A DNA stretch of 64,000 nucleotides. Source: an uncultured Planctomycetota bacterium. Lineage in GTDB: Bacteria > Planctomycetota > Planctomycetia > Isosphaerales > Isosphaeraceae. The DNA is taken from positions 384,001 through 448,000 of the forward strand of contig CAWJTV010000011.1 in NCBI GenBank assembly GCA_963845755.1, written 5' to 3'. Position 1 is the stretch's first letter. Each line of letters opens with the position of its first letter. Below, piece after piece: positions 23,899 to 34,213 of the stretch. The notes under the pieces were generated by a model. That model did not search any database. It was not told the origin of the DNA and was given only the letters and a program-made list of their open reading frames with translations. A program made the translations under genes and the position numbers.

Positions 23899-24411
23899 AT
23901 GATGGTCTCGAGACGATGGGCGCTCCGGGTCGGGATTCCCCTGGCGGCGTCGGCGGTCTTCAGCGGGCTGGCCTTCGGCTTGGGCGGGCTCCGGGTCTCC
24001 TACGCCCAGAACAAGACCGCGCCGGGCCACGAGCAGTCGCGGCAGGTCACCGTCATCGCGATCATCGCCAAGCCCGAGAGCAAGGCCGTCGATCCCAAGC
24101 TGACGAGCATCCAGGCCCAGCTAACTCGGCTCTTGCCGAATCATGGCTTCAAGCTGCTCGACGCCCAGATCAGTGGGATGGTGGCCGGGGAATCCATCAA
24201 CGGCGACCTGGGCCACGGCTACACCGCCGAGACCACGCTGCTCCAGGCGATCGACGAGGACGGCAAGGTCCATCTCCGCTGCGAGCTGTTCCTGGACAAG
24301 GCCCTGCAATTCTCGGCGAACGTCAAAGCCCCGCTCAACCAGCTCTTCTTCTGCCAGCGCCCCTTCCTCGACGACGGCTCGAAGCTGCTGGTGGGGATCG
24401 GCGTTCGGTGA
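23899..24411 (+). CDS. Hypothetical exported protein in the ECF operon
   Basis: Hydrophobic N-terminus and GC-type codon usage. Confidence 0.65.
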   Translation: MMVSRRWALRVGIPLAASAVFSGLAFGLGGLRVSYAQNKTAPGHEQSRQVTVIAIIAKPESKAVDPKLTSIQAQLTRLLPNHGFKLLDAQISGMVAGESINGDLGHGYTAETTLLQAIDEDGKVHLRCELFLDKALQFSANVKAPLNQLFFCQRPFLDDGSKLLVGIGVR

Positions 24412-25160
24412 GCCGACCCTTCGGGTAGGGAACCAACTGGGCGAAGCAACGTCCCCGCAGCTCCCGCGACCCGGTACAAAATGAATCGACCGCCGGTCGG
24501 CGGACGTCGGGCTTTAGGGCCTTCGGTCACACCGAGCGGCGGTCGTAGGCGGTGGTCTCGCCGGACCTTGGGTTCGGGCTGGCCGAGGATCTCGACCGGC
24601 CCGGTCGCCAACATGGTCCGACGTCAACTCGACCGCACTGAGCGAATCAAAGGTGCAAGAGGGCCATCCTTGGCCCTTGGCCCACGAGCCGCCAGTCCGT
24701 CCCTGGACGCGACCGCTGAATCGGAGCCGTATCTCAGTCCTCCGTGACCGGATCGGTTTTCCAACCGACATGGGTTGTATCGGCGGTGCCGAGGGTACCT
24801 CTGCAACGTTTTTCTTGGGTCTTTGGCCTTTGGTCATCGGTCATGGGTTGTCATCCCTGGTTCGTCACTCCTTGAGAGGGCGGCGCGAGGACCGTCACGG
24901 CGATGGCCCCGCCGACGACCGGCGAAGGTCTGCGAGAAGCCCGGGACTTCCGCGGGAGAAAGCCGATGACCGCTGCCCGAGGACCCAGGACCAACCCGCT
25001 TGAAAACCCCAGCGCAATCGCTACAATCGTCACCAAGTTGAGCACCCGAGACGTCACACCACGCGCCGGTCCAGCCTGCGAGCCCGCACACATTGAGCAA
25101 TCGCCACTCGGGCGCCCGTCCCGTCGGTTTGCCAGAACAACCCCCCAGGAGAGTCCTTCG

Positions 25161-26288
25161 ATGGCTAGTGAAGCCAGCTCGGGCCACTTGAGTACGACGG
25201 TCCTGTTCGGCAAGGGTCTGACGCCGGGCAAACTCCGCGGGTTGCAGCGGATCAGCAATCCGAACGGCACCCTGACCATGGTCGCCCTGGATCAGAACAG
25301 CTCGATGATCGAGATGGCTACCAAGGCGCTCAAGACCAAGGGACACGATCGCGAGCCGACGTACGAGGAGATCGTAGAGGCGAAGGTCGACCTGGCGCGA
25401 CACCTGGCGCCGGGGGCCTCGGGCGTGCTGATCGACGCCTATTACGGGGCCTGGTCGTGCGTTGCCTCGGGTGCGATCCCGCCGCACACGGGCCTGCTCG
25501 TCCGGGTGGAGAAGTCCGGCGGGCCGAAGAACAAGGTCGGCGCACCGATGGGGCTGGTCGAGCCGGGCTGGAGCGTGGCGAAGATCAAGCGCCTGGGGGC
25601 CGACGCCGTCAAGCTGCTGGCCCAGTTCGAGCCCACCGAGCCGATCTCCGCCGAGCACCAGTTCCAGCTCATCGAGCACGTCTATTCCGAATGCCAGAAG
25701 CACGACATCCTCCTGCTGCTGGAAACGGTGGCGTTCCCGTTCGGCGGCGAGAAGAAGACCGACCCCGGCTACGTGAAGCGCAAGGCCGCGACGGTCATCG
25801 AATCGGCCCGACAGCTCAGCCGGTTCTGCGACGTCTACAAGGCGGAATTCCCCGGCACGCTGGGCCAGGATTCCGACAACCAGCTCACCGACAACCTCGA
25901 CGCGCTCGACGCAGCCAGCGAACGCCCCTGGGTGCTCCTCTCCGCGGGCGTGGATTACCCGGACTATTACAAGCAGGTCCAACTGGCCATGGAGTCTGGC
26001 GCCTCCGGCGTCCTCGGCGGCCGTGCCTTCTGGAAGGAGTATTTCCTCCAGGACGGCGACTCGGCCCGGAGCCAGTTCGCCAGCACCACCGCGTTCAAGC
26101 GCGTCGCCGACGTCAATACCGTGGTCCGCGAGCACGGCGCCCCCTGGTACGCCCGCTACGGCTTCACCGCGGAAGACCTGGCCTCGGTCCGGGCCACCGA
26201 AGGCTGGCACGCCCGCTATGCCTCCTGCCTCGGCGCAGCCGCAGCCGACGGGGCCGGGTCCAAGGCAGCGCCCGGCGAGGTGTATTGA
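25161..26288 (+). CDS. lacD: Tagatose-1,6-bisphosphate aldolase / class I DeoC-LacD family aldolase
   Basis: MVALDQ, KIKRLGADAVKLL, DVYKAEFPG, PWVLLSAGV and GASGVLGGRAFW motifs. Confidence 0.8.
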   Translation: MASEASSGHLSTTVLFGKGLTPGKLRGLQRISNPNGTLTMVALDQNSSMIEMATKALKTKGHDREPTYEEIVEAKVDLARHLAPGASGVLIDAYYGAWSCVASGAIPPHTGLLVRVEKSGGPKNKVGAPMGLVEPGWSVAKIKRLGADAVKLLAQFEPTEPISAEHQFQLIEHVYSECQKHDILLLLETVAFPFGGEKKTDPGYVKRKAATVIESARQLSRFCDVYKAEFPGTLGQDSDNQLTDNLDALDAASERPWVLLSAGVDYPDYYKQVQLAMESGASGVLGGRAFWKEYFLQDGDSARSQFASTTAFKRVADVNTVVREHGAPWYARYGFTAEDLASVRATEGWHARYASCLGAAAADGAGSKAAPGEVY

Positions 26289-26353
26289 TCTCCGATCCGA
26301 TTTCTGCCGACCTACACAGGAAGACACTCAGGCGACGTTAAACCACAACGTCG

Positions 26354-26418
26354 GTAGGGTGCTCTCCGAGCACCGGGACGCAAGGCCCGCCCATCCCGGT
26401 GCTCGGAGAGCACCCTAC
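26354..26418. repeat. GTAG-type REP inverted-repeat pair, same family as 14645
   Basis: gtagggtgctctccgagcaccg ... cggtgctcggagagcaccctac. Confidence 0.85.
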
Positions 26419-26576
26419 GAGGGATTCTCGTCCATTCCGTTAGACGATCAATCCCGAACTGCACGACCTCGGCAACGCTGCCCAGGGATCGATGGAAGCA
26501 TGTCGGGGAGTCCGGCTCCATCCTGCTCTTTCGTCGGAAGTCATGCCGACCCCGCTCTTTGAAGAGGACACTGTCC

Positions 26577-27143
26577 ATGGCGGACAACCCGCAAAACTCT
26601 GGCCCGTATTACTGTTGGGCTAACTTGGCCGACGAGAGGAAGCTCTCAGACTTGCAAGAGCAAGTGTACGATTTGCTCGCGAAGTCGTACGGGCAGTGGT
26701 TGCTTCTAGACGACATCTACAATGGTCTCTTCTCAACTAAGAAATCCAACGAATGGAGGGGCTGGGTACGCTTGGCGCTGGATAACCTCGTGAAACTCCG
26801 GTTGGCAAGTCCCAGTGCGGTCAACACCGTGCCACCAACCGCTGGAGCCGTTGCCGCGCGCGTCGAGCCGGAGTGCCAAGGGGCCGATCTGGGCCATCCG
26901 ATTCCCCGCTTTATCCTTGAGTTTCTCCAGACCAAATGCGAATTCCCGCCAAAGGGGATCTGCCGGACCGGCTGGTGTAAATTTGACGACATCTCCGATG
27001 CGGTGCGGAACCAGTTTGGCAGTTTCGTTACAGACGAAAACTGCCGAATGTTCCTGGGCACGCTATGCGGCACCCGCGGCCGCACAGGGCGGCCATGTGC
27101 AGAGAGGAACCCCAAGAATTCCGACCAGTACAGGCCTCTGTAA
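26577..27143 (+). CDS. Hypothetical Cys-rich protein, lower GC, possibly two winged-helix-like modules
   Basis: GAGGA upstream; open frame; atypical codon usage. Confidence 0.55.
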   Translation: MADNPQNSGPYYCWANLADERKLSDLQEQVYDLLAKSYGQWLLLDDIYNGLFSTKKSNEWRGWVRLALDNLVKLRLASPSAVNTVPPTAGAVAARVEPECQGADLGHPIPRFILEFLQTKCEFPPKGICRTGWCKFDDISDAVRNQFGSFVTDENCRMFLGTLCGTRGRTGRPCAERNPKNSDQYRPL

Positions 27144-27174
27144 AACCTGACACCTCCGAGCCGCAACAGGATTC

Positions 27175-27230
27175 GTAGGTCAGGCTTTCCACCCTGAATC
27201 GGCGGGGCCTGTCGGGCCGGAAAGCCCGAC
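27175..27230. repeat. Degenerate REP-like element (GTAGGTCAGGCTTTCC...GGAAAGCCCGAC)
   Basis: GTAG start with an imperfect inverted repeat gtcaggctttcc / ggaaagcccgac. Confidence 0.6.
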
Positions 27231-27591
27231 GAGTGGGATGCAGAACCCGTACGAACAAACTCAGATGCGCGCGGTCTCGAGATTTCATGGAGGCGAATCC
27301 GATTCCGGCGTCGTCTTCGTCGTGGCCTCGGGCAGAAGATGGGAAAGCCTGCGCGAAAGGGTTGATCCGAAGACGAAGATTGCAGCGATTTTGTCGATTT
27401 CCCGCCGGACGCTTGCCGATACTCATTGCGTCATTTCAGAACTCCAAATCGGCGAAATCCGACCGTGAGGGCCAGGACGGCCCGAGGTGCGCCTATCCAC
27501 GGCGATGGGGTAGCGGATGGGTCGCCGAGTCCGGCCGCACGAGATCAGGGCGGATCGATCGTTCAATTCCACCCTGCCAAGGAGGGTACGG

Positions 27592-30500
27592 ATGTTTTTC
27601 CGGAGACTGTCCTATCTCGGCGTTATCCTCGCCGTCGGAACCACCTTGACGGCCCCGGCCCGTGCCCAGCTCATCACTGGCGGCGAGAGCCTGATCGAGA
27701 AGTACAATCCGTTCCAGACGTTCGACCCCTCGGTGCCGGTCAGTCTGATCGACGTCAGCAGGCGGCTCGACTGTATTAGCGAGAAGCTCCGTGACGACGG
27801 CCTCGTCGTGATGAAGCAGCCCGACGTCTTCAGCCAGGCGCGGATGACCCACTTCCGCACCGACTTCGAGACCCAGATGGCCAAGGATCTGAACACGTTC
27901 CACCTGGTCCTGGCCGCGCGGATCAACCGGCTGGACTCGGCGACGACGACGTCGCAGACGAGCCTCTCCGCGGCCCTATCCGCCCCCGGGTTGACCAAGG
28001 TCCAGATGCCGACTGCCCCCACGGCGAGCGGCTCGACCGCGGTGGCGCCGGGACTTCGGCCTCCCTCGATCCCACCAAGAATGCGTTCGCCAGCCTGGGC
28101 CTGGACGTCAACAACCCGGCGGCGGCGACCGCCGCCGCGAACACCGCGATGGGCCTCGGTGTCGAGCCCACCGTCTACCTCGACGAGAAGAAACGCTTCC
28201 TCGAAGCCCTGGCCCAGATTCGCCGGATCAACCATGGCCCGGACCAGAACGATTCGTCGGGCTACGGCCTCTACCTCGTGCGGCTGCCGGTCTCGATCAC
28301 CCCGGGCGAGTGCACCTATCAGGGCTATGGCGCTGAGATCGCCGTGACCGCCGAGCATGAATTTCCTCCCGATTTCCTCCAGTCGGCCTTCCGCAACCTC
28401 GTCATCAACGACTTGGTCGACCAGCTCGGCCCCGTCGTTTACGAGGTCATCCGGTCCGGTCGCGTCGACGAGCTCGAGACGCTCCACTACCGCGAGATCC
28501 GACTACGGGACCTCGAGGCACGAAGGAAGCTGCTCATCGATCAGGGCTACCAGAACTTCGTCGAATCCCAAAGGACGCAGCGCCGCGATGAGACCGACCA
28601 GGACTTCAAGAGGCAAAAGGCGACCTCGACGGCCAAGCGAGAAGTCATCGAGAAAGCCCTGACGAATTTCCTCACCCGCGATCCCGCGACCTACCCCACC
28701 GACGGCCAGATCGGGGAGCCGTCGGCGACGCTCCATCGTCGGTTTGAAGCCCTCGAGCAGGCCTTACGCGGCCTCCGACCACCCGGCGGCCCCTTCACCG
28801 AAAAGGACTTGGAAGCGACCATCGCGCAATTCGACGGCTACGAAAAGCAACTCCTCCGCTGGAATACACTCTCGGACAAGGATCGTCAGGGCATCATGCT
28901 GATCGTTGGCGGCGCGGTCGATTACATCCGGACGTATATCCAGTTCCCCGATAGCCCCACGAGTCGGGTCGCGTTCGAGAAGCTCTTCACGACCCTCTAC
29001 GAGACGGCGTTCGACAACGATCGCCACTTGCTCGACGACGCGCTGAATTTCGACCAGAAGACTTCGAAGCAGTTCGCCGACCTATCCCAATCGATCAAGG
29101 TCGCCAGGGCGACGAGGAATCACCTCAAGTTCAGCCTCCCCTCGACCCGCAACCCCAAGCAGCGATACCCCATTGCTCCGCAGGAGAGCCTCGAATACTT
29201 CCTGGAAGGGAACGTCTACCAGCTCGCGAAGGGCGCGAAGGATTCCTTGCTCACCCGGAACCCGCGCGCCACCGACGTCCGCAACTACCTCAGGCACACG
29301 TTCTACGTCGCCTACGAAGTGATGGCCCGGCCGCGGCAGGGCGTCCTCGCCCCGCTCGACGACATCGAGCTGATGAAGGCGATCCACGAGGCGGTCGAGG
29401 CGCGGGAGTTTGGCCCCGAAGGGCGATTGCGCGAGCTGTTCCGAACGCTGGCCCAGAACCTCGCGAAGGGCCGGAAGAACCTCTACCGTGAGGGAGAGGA
29501 CACCTCCTCTCCCATCCTGGCCGCCTGCTGGGCAATCGCCGTGGACGCCAGTCTCCTCGATTACGAGCTGCGGGAGTGGATCCCCAAGACCCTGGCCGCC
29601 CACGACGTGGTCTGCACGCTCCCGGACGAGATGCATTTCTACTACCAGGACCCGACCCTCCTCGGCCAGGCCCCGCTCACGTTCCAGGAGTTCGTGAAAT
29701 ACAAATGGCCGATCATCACGTTCGCCCTCGACCCGGTCACTGACCAGCAGAACATCGCGGACTCGTTCAGCCTCCAGCGCGACCTCCAGCTCGCCCTATC
29801 GTTCGCGTTCGCGACCGGGCAGATCAATTTCAGTCAGATGAACACGTTCCGCCGCCAGATCCAGCAGTCCTCCGATACGATCGCCTTGAACCGGACGGTG
29901 ACCGGCTTCATCCACAGCAACGACCACTTCGGCTTCCGGTTCACCCCGCGATTCCAGAACCCGCCCAACCAGCGGACGAACCTCGGCGTGATCGCCAGCC
30001 AGCTCATCGGCGGCGGGCCCGGGCCGGACTACCAGACGAAGAAGAGCAAGCTCGAGTCCGGTATCCGCGAACTCACCGCCATCCTCCTGGTCCCGACGTT
30101 TCTGCCGACCATGCGGATGGAGGTCTCCAGCAACTGGTTCAAGCTCAACGACCCCGAGCACCTGATCTTCCACACCAGGCGGATGCTGGAACAGGGCCGG
30201 CAGGTCCAGGAGCTCCGTAAGGCCGTGTTCGACGCGTGCAGCGAGCAGCAATACCGCCCCGCCGACGTGAAGGTCCTGCCGCGCAAGCTGTCGCAGCTCG
30301 AGGCCATGCTGCCGGCCCAGTCGAAGGTGATTCAGCTCCCGTTCGAGAACACCGCCAGCGGCTTCGAGCTGTTTTCCGACGGCGCCACTGCGCTGGTCCC
30401 GGTGCTGTCAGGATATGACGGAGTCGACGCCGTCACCCTGTCCGCCACCACGACCCCGACGGCCAATACCAACACCGACATCTTCATCTATGGGAAGTAC

Positions 30501-31697
30501 TTCGACTTGCTTGATACCCGGGTCATCGTCGGCGGGGCTTACATCCCCTCCTTCGCCATAGCGGGCGCCAACGCGGCGACCTCGGGGGGATTCGAGATCA
30601 TCAGCCGCGAGGTCGCCCACGTCATCATCCCGACGAACGTCCAGCAGACCGTCACCTATGACGGTCAGACTTACCTGGAAGTCTACCTGGCCACGCCCAG
30701 CGGGATCAGCAACCGGGTCCTGGTCCCGTTCCAGGCCCCCGCGCCGTCGCCTCCGGTCGCCTTCGACCTCTCACCGGGCCAGGAGCTGGACGTCTACTAT
30801 CAGTGGTTTCCCAGGGCCGACACGAACGCGAAGCTGATCGCGACCAACGACCCCGGCGGCACTCCGATCAAGATCAAGTGGGATGCCTCCACCAGCATGG
30901 CCCCCAAGACCTTGCTGGCCACGTTCACGGCGACGGTCGGCACCCAGAGCCTGACCTTCGCGCTGCCGGCCAACTCGGGAACCGCCGACGAGTACCAGGT
31001 GGACTCGCAGCTCATGACCGTGATCTTGCTCAAGCGGCTCCAGTCCTGGTTCCCCGCGCCGACGGCGCTGCCGGCCCAGATCCCGTTGAAAGTGAGCGTG
31101 CAGCCATATGTCCCGCAAGACGCAATGGGCTATCGCGTGCTGTCGAAGGCGAAGGATCTCAAGACACCGCTAACGGTCAAGTTCCTGTATAACGCCACCG
31201 ACAAGGATGCCTTGCCGAACGTGATGGAGCCGCCACCCCCGGCGAAGCCGCAAGCCAAGAAAGCGGCCTGGGCGGAGGGCCTGCCGCCACTCCCGTCCAC
31301 TCGGGACAACTTTGTCCGTCCCACGAGTCTAAGCCCAAACGTTTCGACGACCGGCATGAGGGTGCAGATCCCCCCGCCGTTCACCCTGTCCGAGCTCACG
31401 ACCGACCTCCAGGGCATCGCCCCACAGCCTCCGCCGATGGCGGGGATCCAGGCAGCAATCAAGGCGGACCTGACGGCGGCCCAGACCAATCTGACATCGG
31501 TGGCCAGCACGCTCCCAACCCCGGCCCAGCTTCAGGCCCAGATCCCGGCCGTGCCGTCGGTTCCCTCGGTCGTGGTGAATCCCCAGCCGGTTACCGTCAT
31601 CGCGCCGACGACCGTGATAAACAAGCCGAAGTCCCGCCTGCTCAGCATCTTCCACAGGAAGAAGGGCCAGGCCGGGAACGCCGCGTCCGCCCCTTGA
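27592..31697 (+). CDS. Large secreted protein of unknown family, paralog C (beta subtype), with IPT/TIG-like domain; frameshift ~28050
   Basis: AAGGAGGG before ATG; signal peptide ending APARA-Q. Motifs PDVFSQARMT, GVEPTVYLDE, GYGLYLVRLPVSITPG, WPIITFALDPVTDQQN, DLQLALSFA, FTPRFQNPP and YLATPSGISNRV. Confidence 0.88.
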
Positions 31698-31702
31698 CCG
31701 CG

Positions 31703-33235
31703 TCACCGGAGCTGGAAGGTGATCGGCACGGTCGTCTTTAACGTCGATGGCGGTGGAGCACCGGCGCCCTCGAGGGGTAATGGTGAGCGTGACCGGACCC
31801 GTTGATGGGATCGGGTTGTCGGCATTGAAGCCGCTCTCTACCTTGTTGATCTGGTCGATCAGGCTGGACGCGAAAGCCGTCAGATCGGCCTTCTGAGCCG
31901 TATAGTGTTTATTGGTCGCATCCCATTTGACTCCCTTGAGCGTGTACGACAATGGGACGTTGGCCTTGCCGAAGGTCGCATCGATCTTCACGTCCACAGG
32001 GAGAGTGGTTTTCCAGTCTGCGCTCACATTGAGCACGAGCTGGGCGCCATCTCCCGGTTGCCCGTTGATGACCGGGAACCGGCCCCCCTGGAAATCACCC
32101 AGGCTGTAATTGATCGCGAGTTTTGTCGAAGCATCCACGGTGACCGGGCCCTGGGTGGCAGCCGCCACGAGCTGGAAGGTGATCGGGACGTCGTCGTCTT
32201 CAACGTCGATGGCGGTGGAGCACCGGCGCCCTGGGGAGTGATGGTGAGCGTGACCGGACCCGTCGATGGGATCGGGTTGTCGGCGTTGAAGCCGCTCTCT
32301 ACCTTGTTGATCTGGTCGATCAGACTGGACGCGAAAGCCGTCAGATCGGCCTTCTGAGCCGTATAGTGTTTATTAGTCGCATCCCATTTGACTCCCTTGA
32401 GCGTGTACGACAGTGGGACGTTGGCCTTGCCGAAGGTCGCATCGATCTTCACGTCCACAGGGAGAGTGGTTTTCCAGTCTGCGCTCACATTGAGCACGAG
32501 CTGGGCGCCATCTCCCGGTTGTCCGTTGATGACCGGGAACCGGCCGTCCTTGAAATCACCCAGGCTGTAATTGATCGCGAGTTTTGTCGAAGCATCCACG
32601 GTGACCGGACCCTGAGCCGCAGCGGCGGCCGCGGCCGGCACGAGCTGGAAGGCGATGACGACGGGCGGCTTCAACGTCGATGGCCGGGCCACGCCGTCGC
32701 CTTCGACGGTGATGGTGAGCGTGACCGGACTGGTCGACGGGATCGGGTTTCCGGCATTGAAATCGCGCTCTAACTTGTTGATCTGGTCGATCAAGTAGGT
32801 TGCGAGACCCGCCAGGTCAGTCTTCGCAGCCGTGTATTGCTTCTTGGTCGCATCCCATTTGATCCCCTTGAGCGGATACGACAGCGGGACGTTGGCCTTG
32901 CCGAAGGTCGCATCGATCTTCACATCCACGGGCCGAAAATTGGACCAGTTGGCGGCCACATTGAGTACAAGCTGGGCGCCATCCGCCGGCTGCCCATCGG
33001 TGACCGGGAACCGACCGTCCTTGAAGTCCCCCAGGTTGTAAGTGATCGTGAGTGTCGTGGAACTATCCACGCTGAATGAGTCGTAAGCGGGGGCTGCCTG
33101 GGGCGACGGAGTCGGGCCTGCCCCCTGACCCCGCGCAACCGGCGTCACCAGACCCACCGCCAGGAACACCAGGCCGCCGATCACCACCCCGCTCATCAAC
33201 CCTGACAGCGAGCGATACTCTTTCATCACACGCAT
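31703..33235 (-). CDS. Secreted protein with three tandem ~150-aa repeats (frameshifts ~32180 and ~31770)
   Basis: Signal peptide ending VARG-Q; unit YxLGDFxxGRFPV...VDVKIDATFGKANVPLSY...PIPST occurs three times; stop at 31703 lies 5 bp from the paralog C stop. Confidence 0.8.
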
Positions 33236-33431
33236 CGTGAAGTCTCCCGGAGGCAGATGTGTCCCGTCGATTTGCTCGATCTATTTTCCCCAGATTATCC
33301 AACATCCCACGTTGTCATGGGTTGTCAAGCCCAAAGTGGGATTGGGGTGAGGTGCTGGCATGTCCGGCATCGGAACAGACGACCCTCGCTACGGCGCCAT
33401 TGATCCGACGCCGGGCCGATGACTGATGGCC

Positions 33432-33962
33432 TCAAGACTTGGTAGACGGTGGGGCAGGTCGCGCGTTCGTGGCCGGCTGAGCGGCGGAGGGGGCCGGCGA
33501 GGGATTCGCAGGATTCGCAGTCGCGGCAGGCGGGTTATTCCGGTTGACCGAATCCGCCGTGCTCGAACTGCCGAAGTAGAAGCCCACGATCGTCCCCAGG
33601 ATCCCGAGCACCGGCGCCAGGATCTCCTTCCCGGCGGCGACGATATTCTGCCGGGAATTGTCGTCGCCGCTAAAGATGCTGGCCAGCGTGACCACCATCA
33701 CCACGGCGACCGCGCAGGTCAGGAGCATGATCGTGATCAGGCCCCGCGTGAAGTCGCGACTTTCCAGGCTGGGACCGGTCCCCTGAGCACTGGTGTAGAC
33801 GATCATCGCGGCTCCCACGAAAAGGATCAGCATCAGCAAGATCGTGGCAATGCGCCCCAGCACCGGCCAGAACTGATCGTGCATCAGGCCCGTCGCGATC
33901 CGGGCCAGGAAACCCGGGCGCGGGTTGTTCCCACCGTTGGCCACGCCATTCCTCCTCATCAC
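33432..33962 (-). CDS. Three-TM membrane protein with a GTIVGFYFG motif
   Basis: Three hydrophobic segments, the last LAPVLGILGTIVGFYFGSS; Pro/Ala-rich tail. Confidence 0.75.
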   Translation of the reverse strand: MMRRNGVANGGNNPRPGFLARIATGLMHDQFWPVLGRIATILLMLILFVGAAMIVYTSAQGTGPSLESRDFTRGLITIMLLTCAVAVVMVVTLASIFSGDDNSRQNIVAAGKEILAPVLGILGTIVGFYFGSSSTADSVNRNNPPAATANPANPSPAPSAAQPATNARPAPPSTKS

Positions 33963-34132
33963 GCAAATCGGACTCGCGCCATCACGAGGACCCCGATTTT
34001 ATCTGATCCGTCAATCCCTCGCATCTTCTCAATACCCGATCGTGGACTCACTTCTTGTTAATCTGTGAGGATTCTGCGGCTTGAGTGCGATGCTGGCGCC
34101 GCGCGGAGCCCCGAATTCCCGGATTGAGCGAT

Positions 34133-34158
34133 AGAATCCGAACAATCGCGACGATCTA
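34133..34158 (+). promoter_or_regulatory. Conserved upstream element of paralog D (AGAATCCGAACAATCGCGACGATCTA)
   Basis: 21/26 identical to the element upstream of paralog A at nearly the same spacing. Confidence 0.65.
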
Positions 34159-34213
34159 TGCCATGAGATAAATCCCCGGCATCAATCCGGGTTCTTTCAG
34201 AGAGGGAGCGACC

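Noticed and set aside
33432..33962. Prophage holin
   Set aside because: No endolysin, structural or integrase genes occur in the window.
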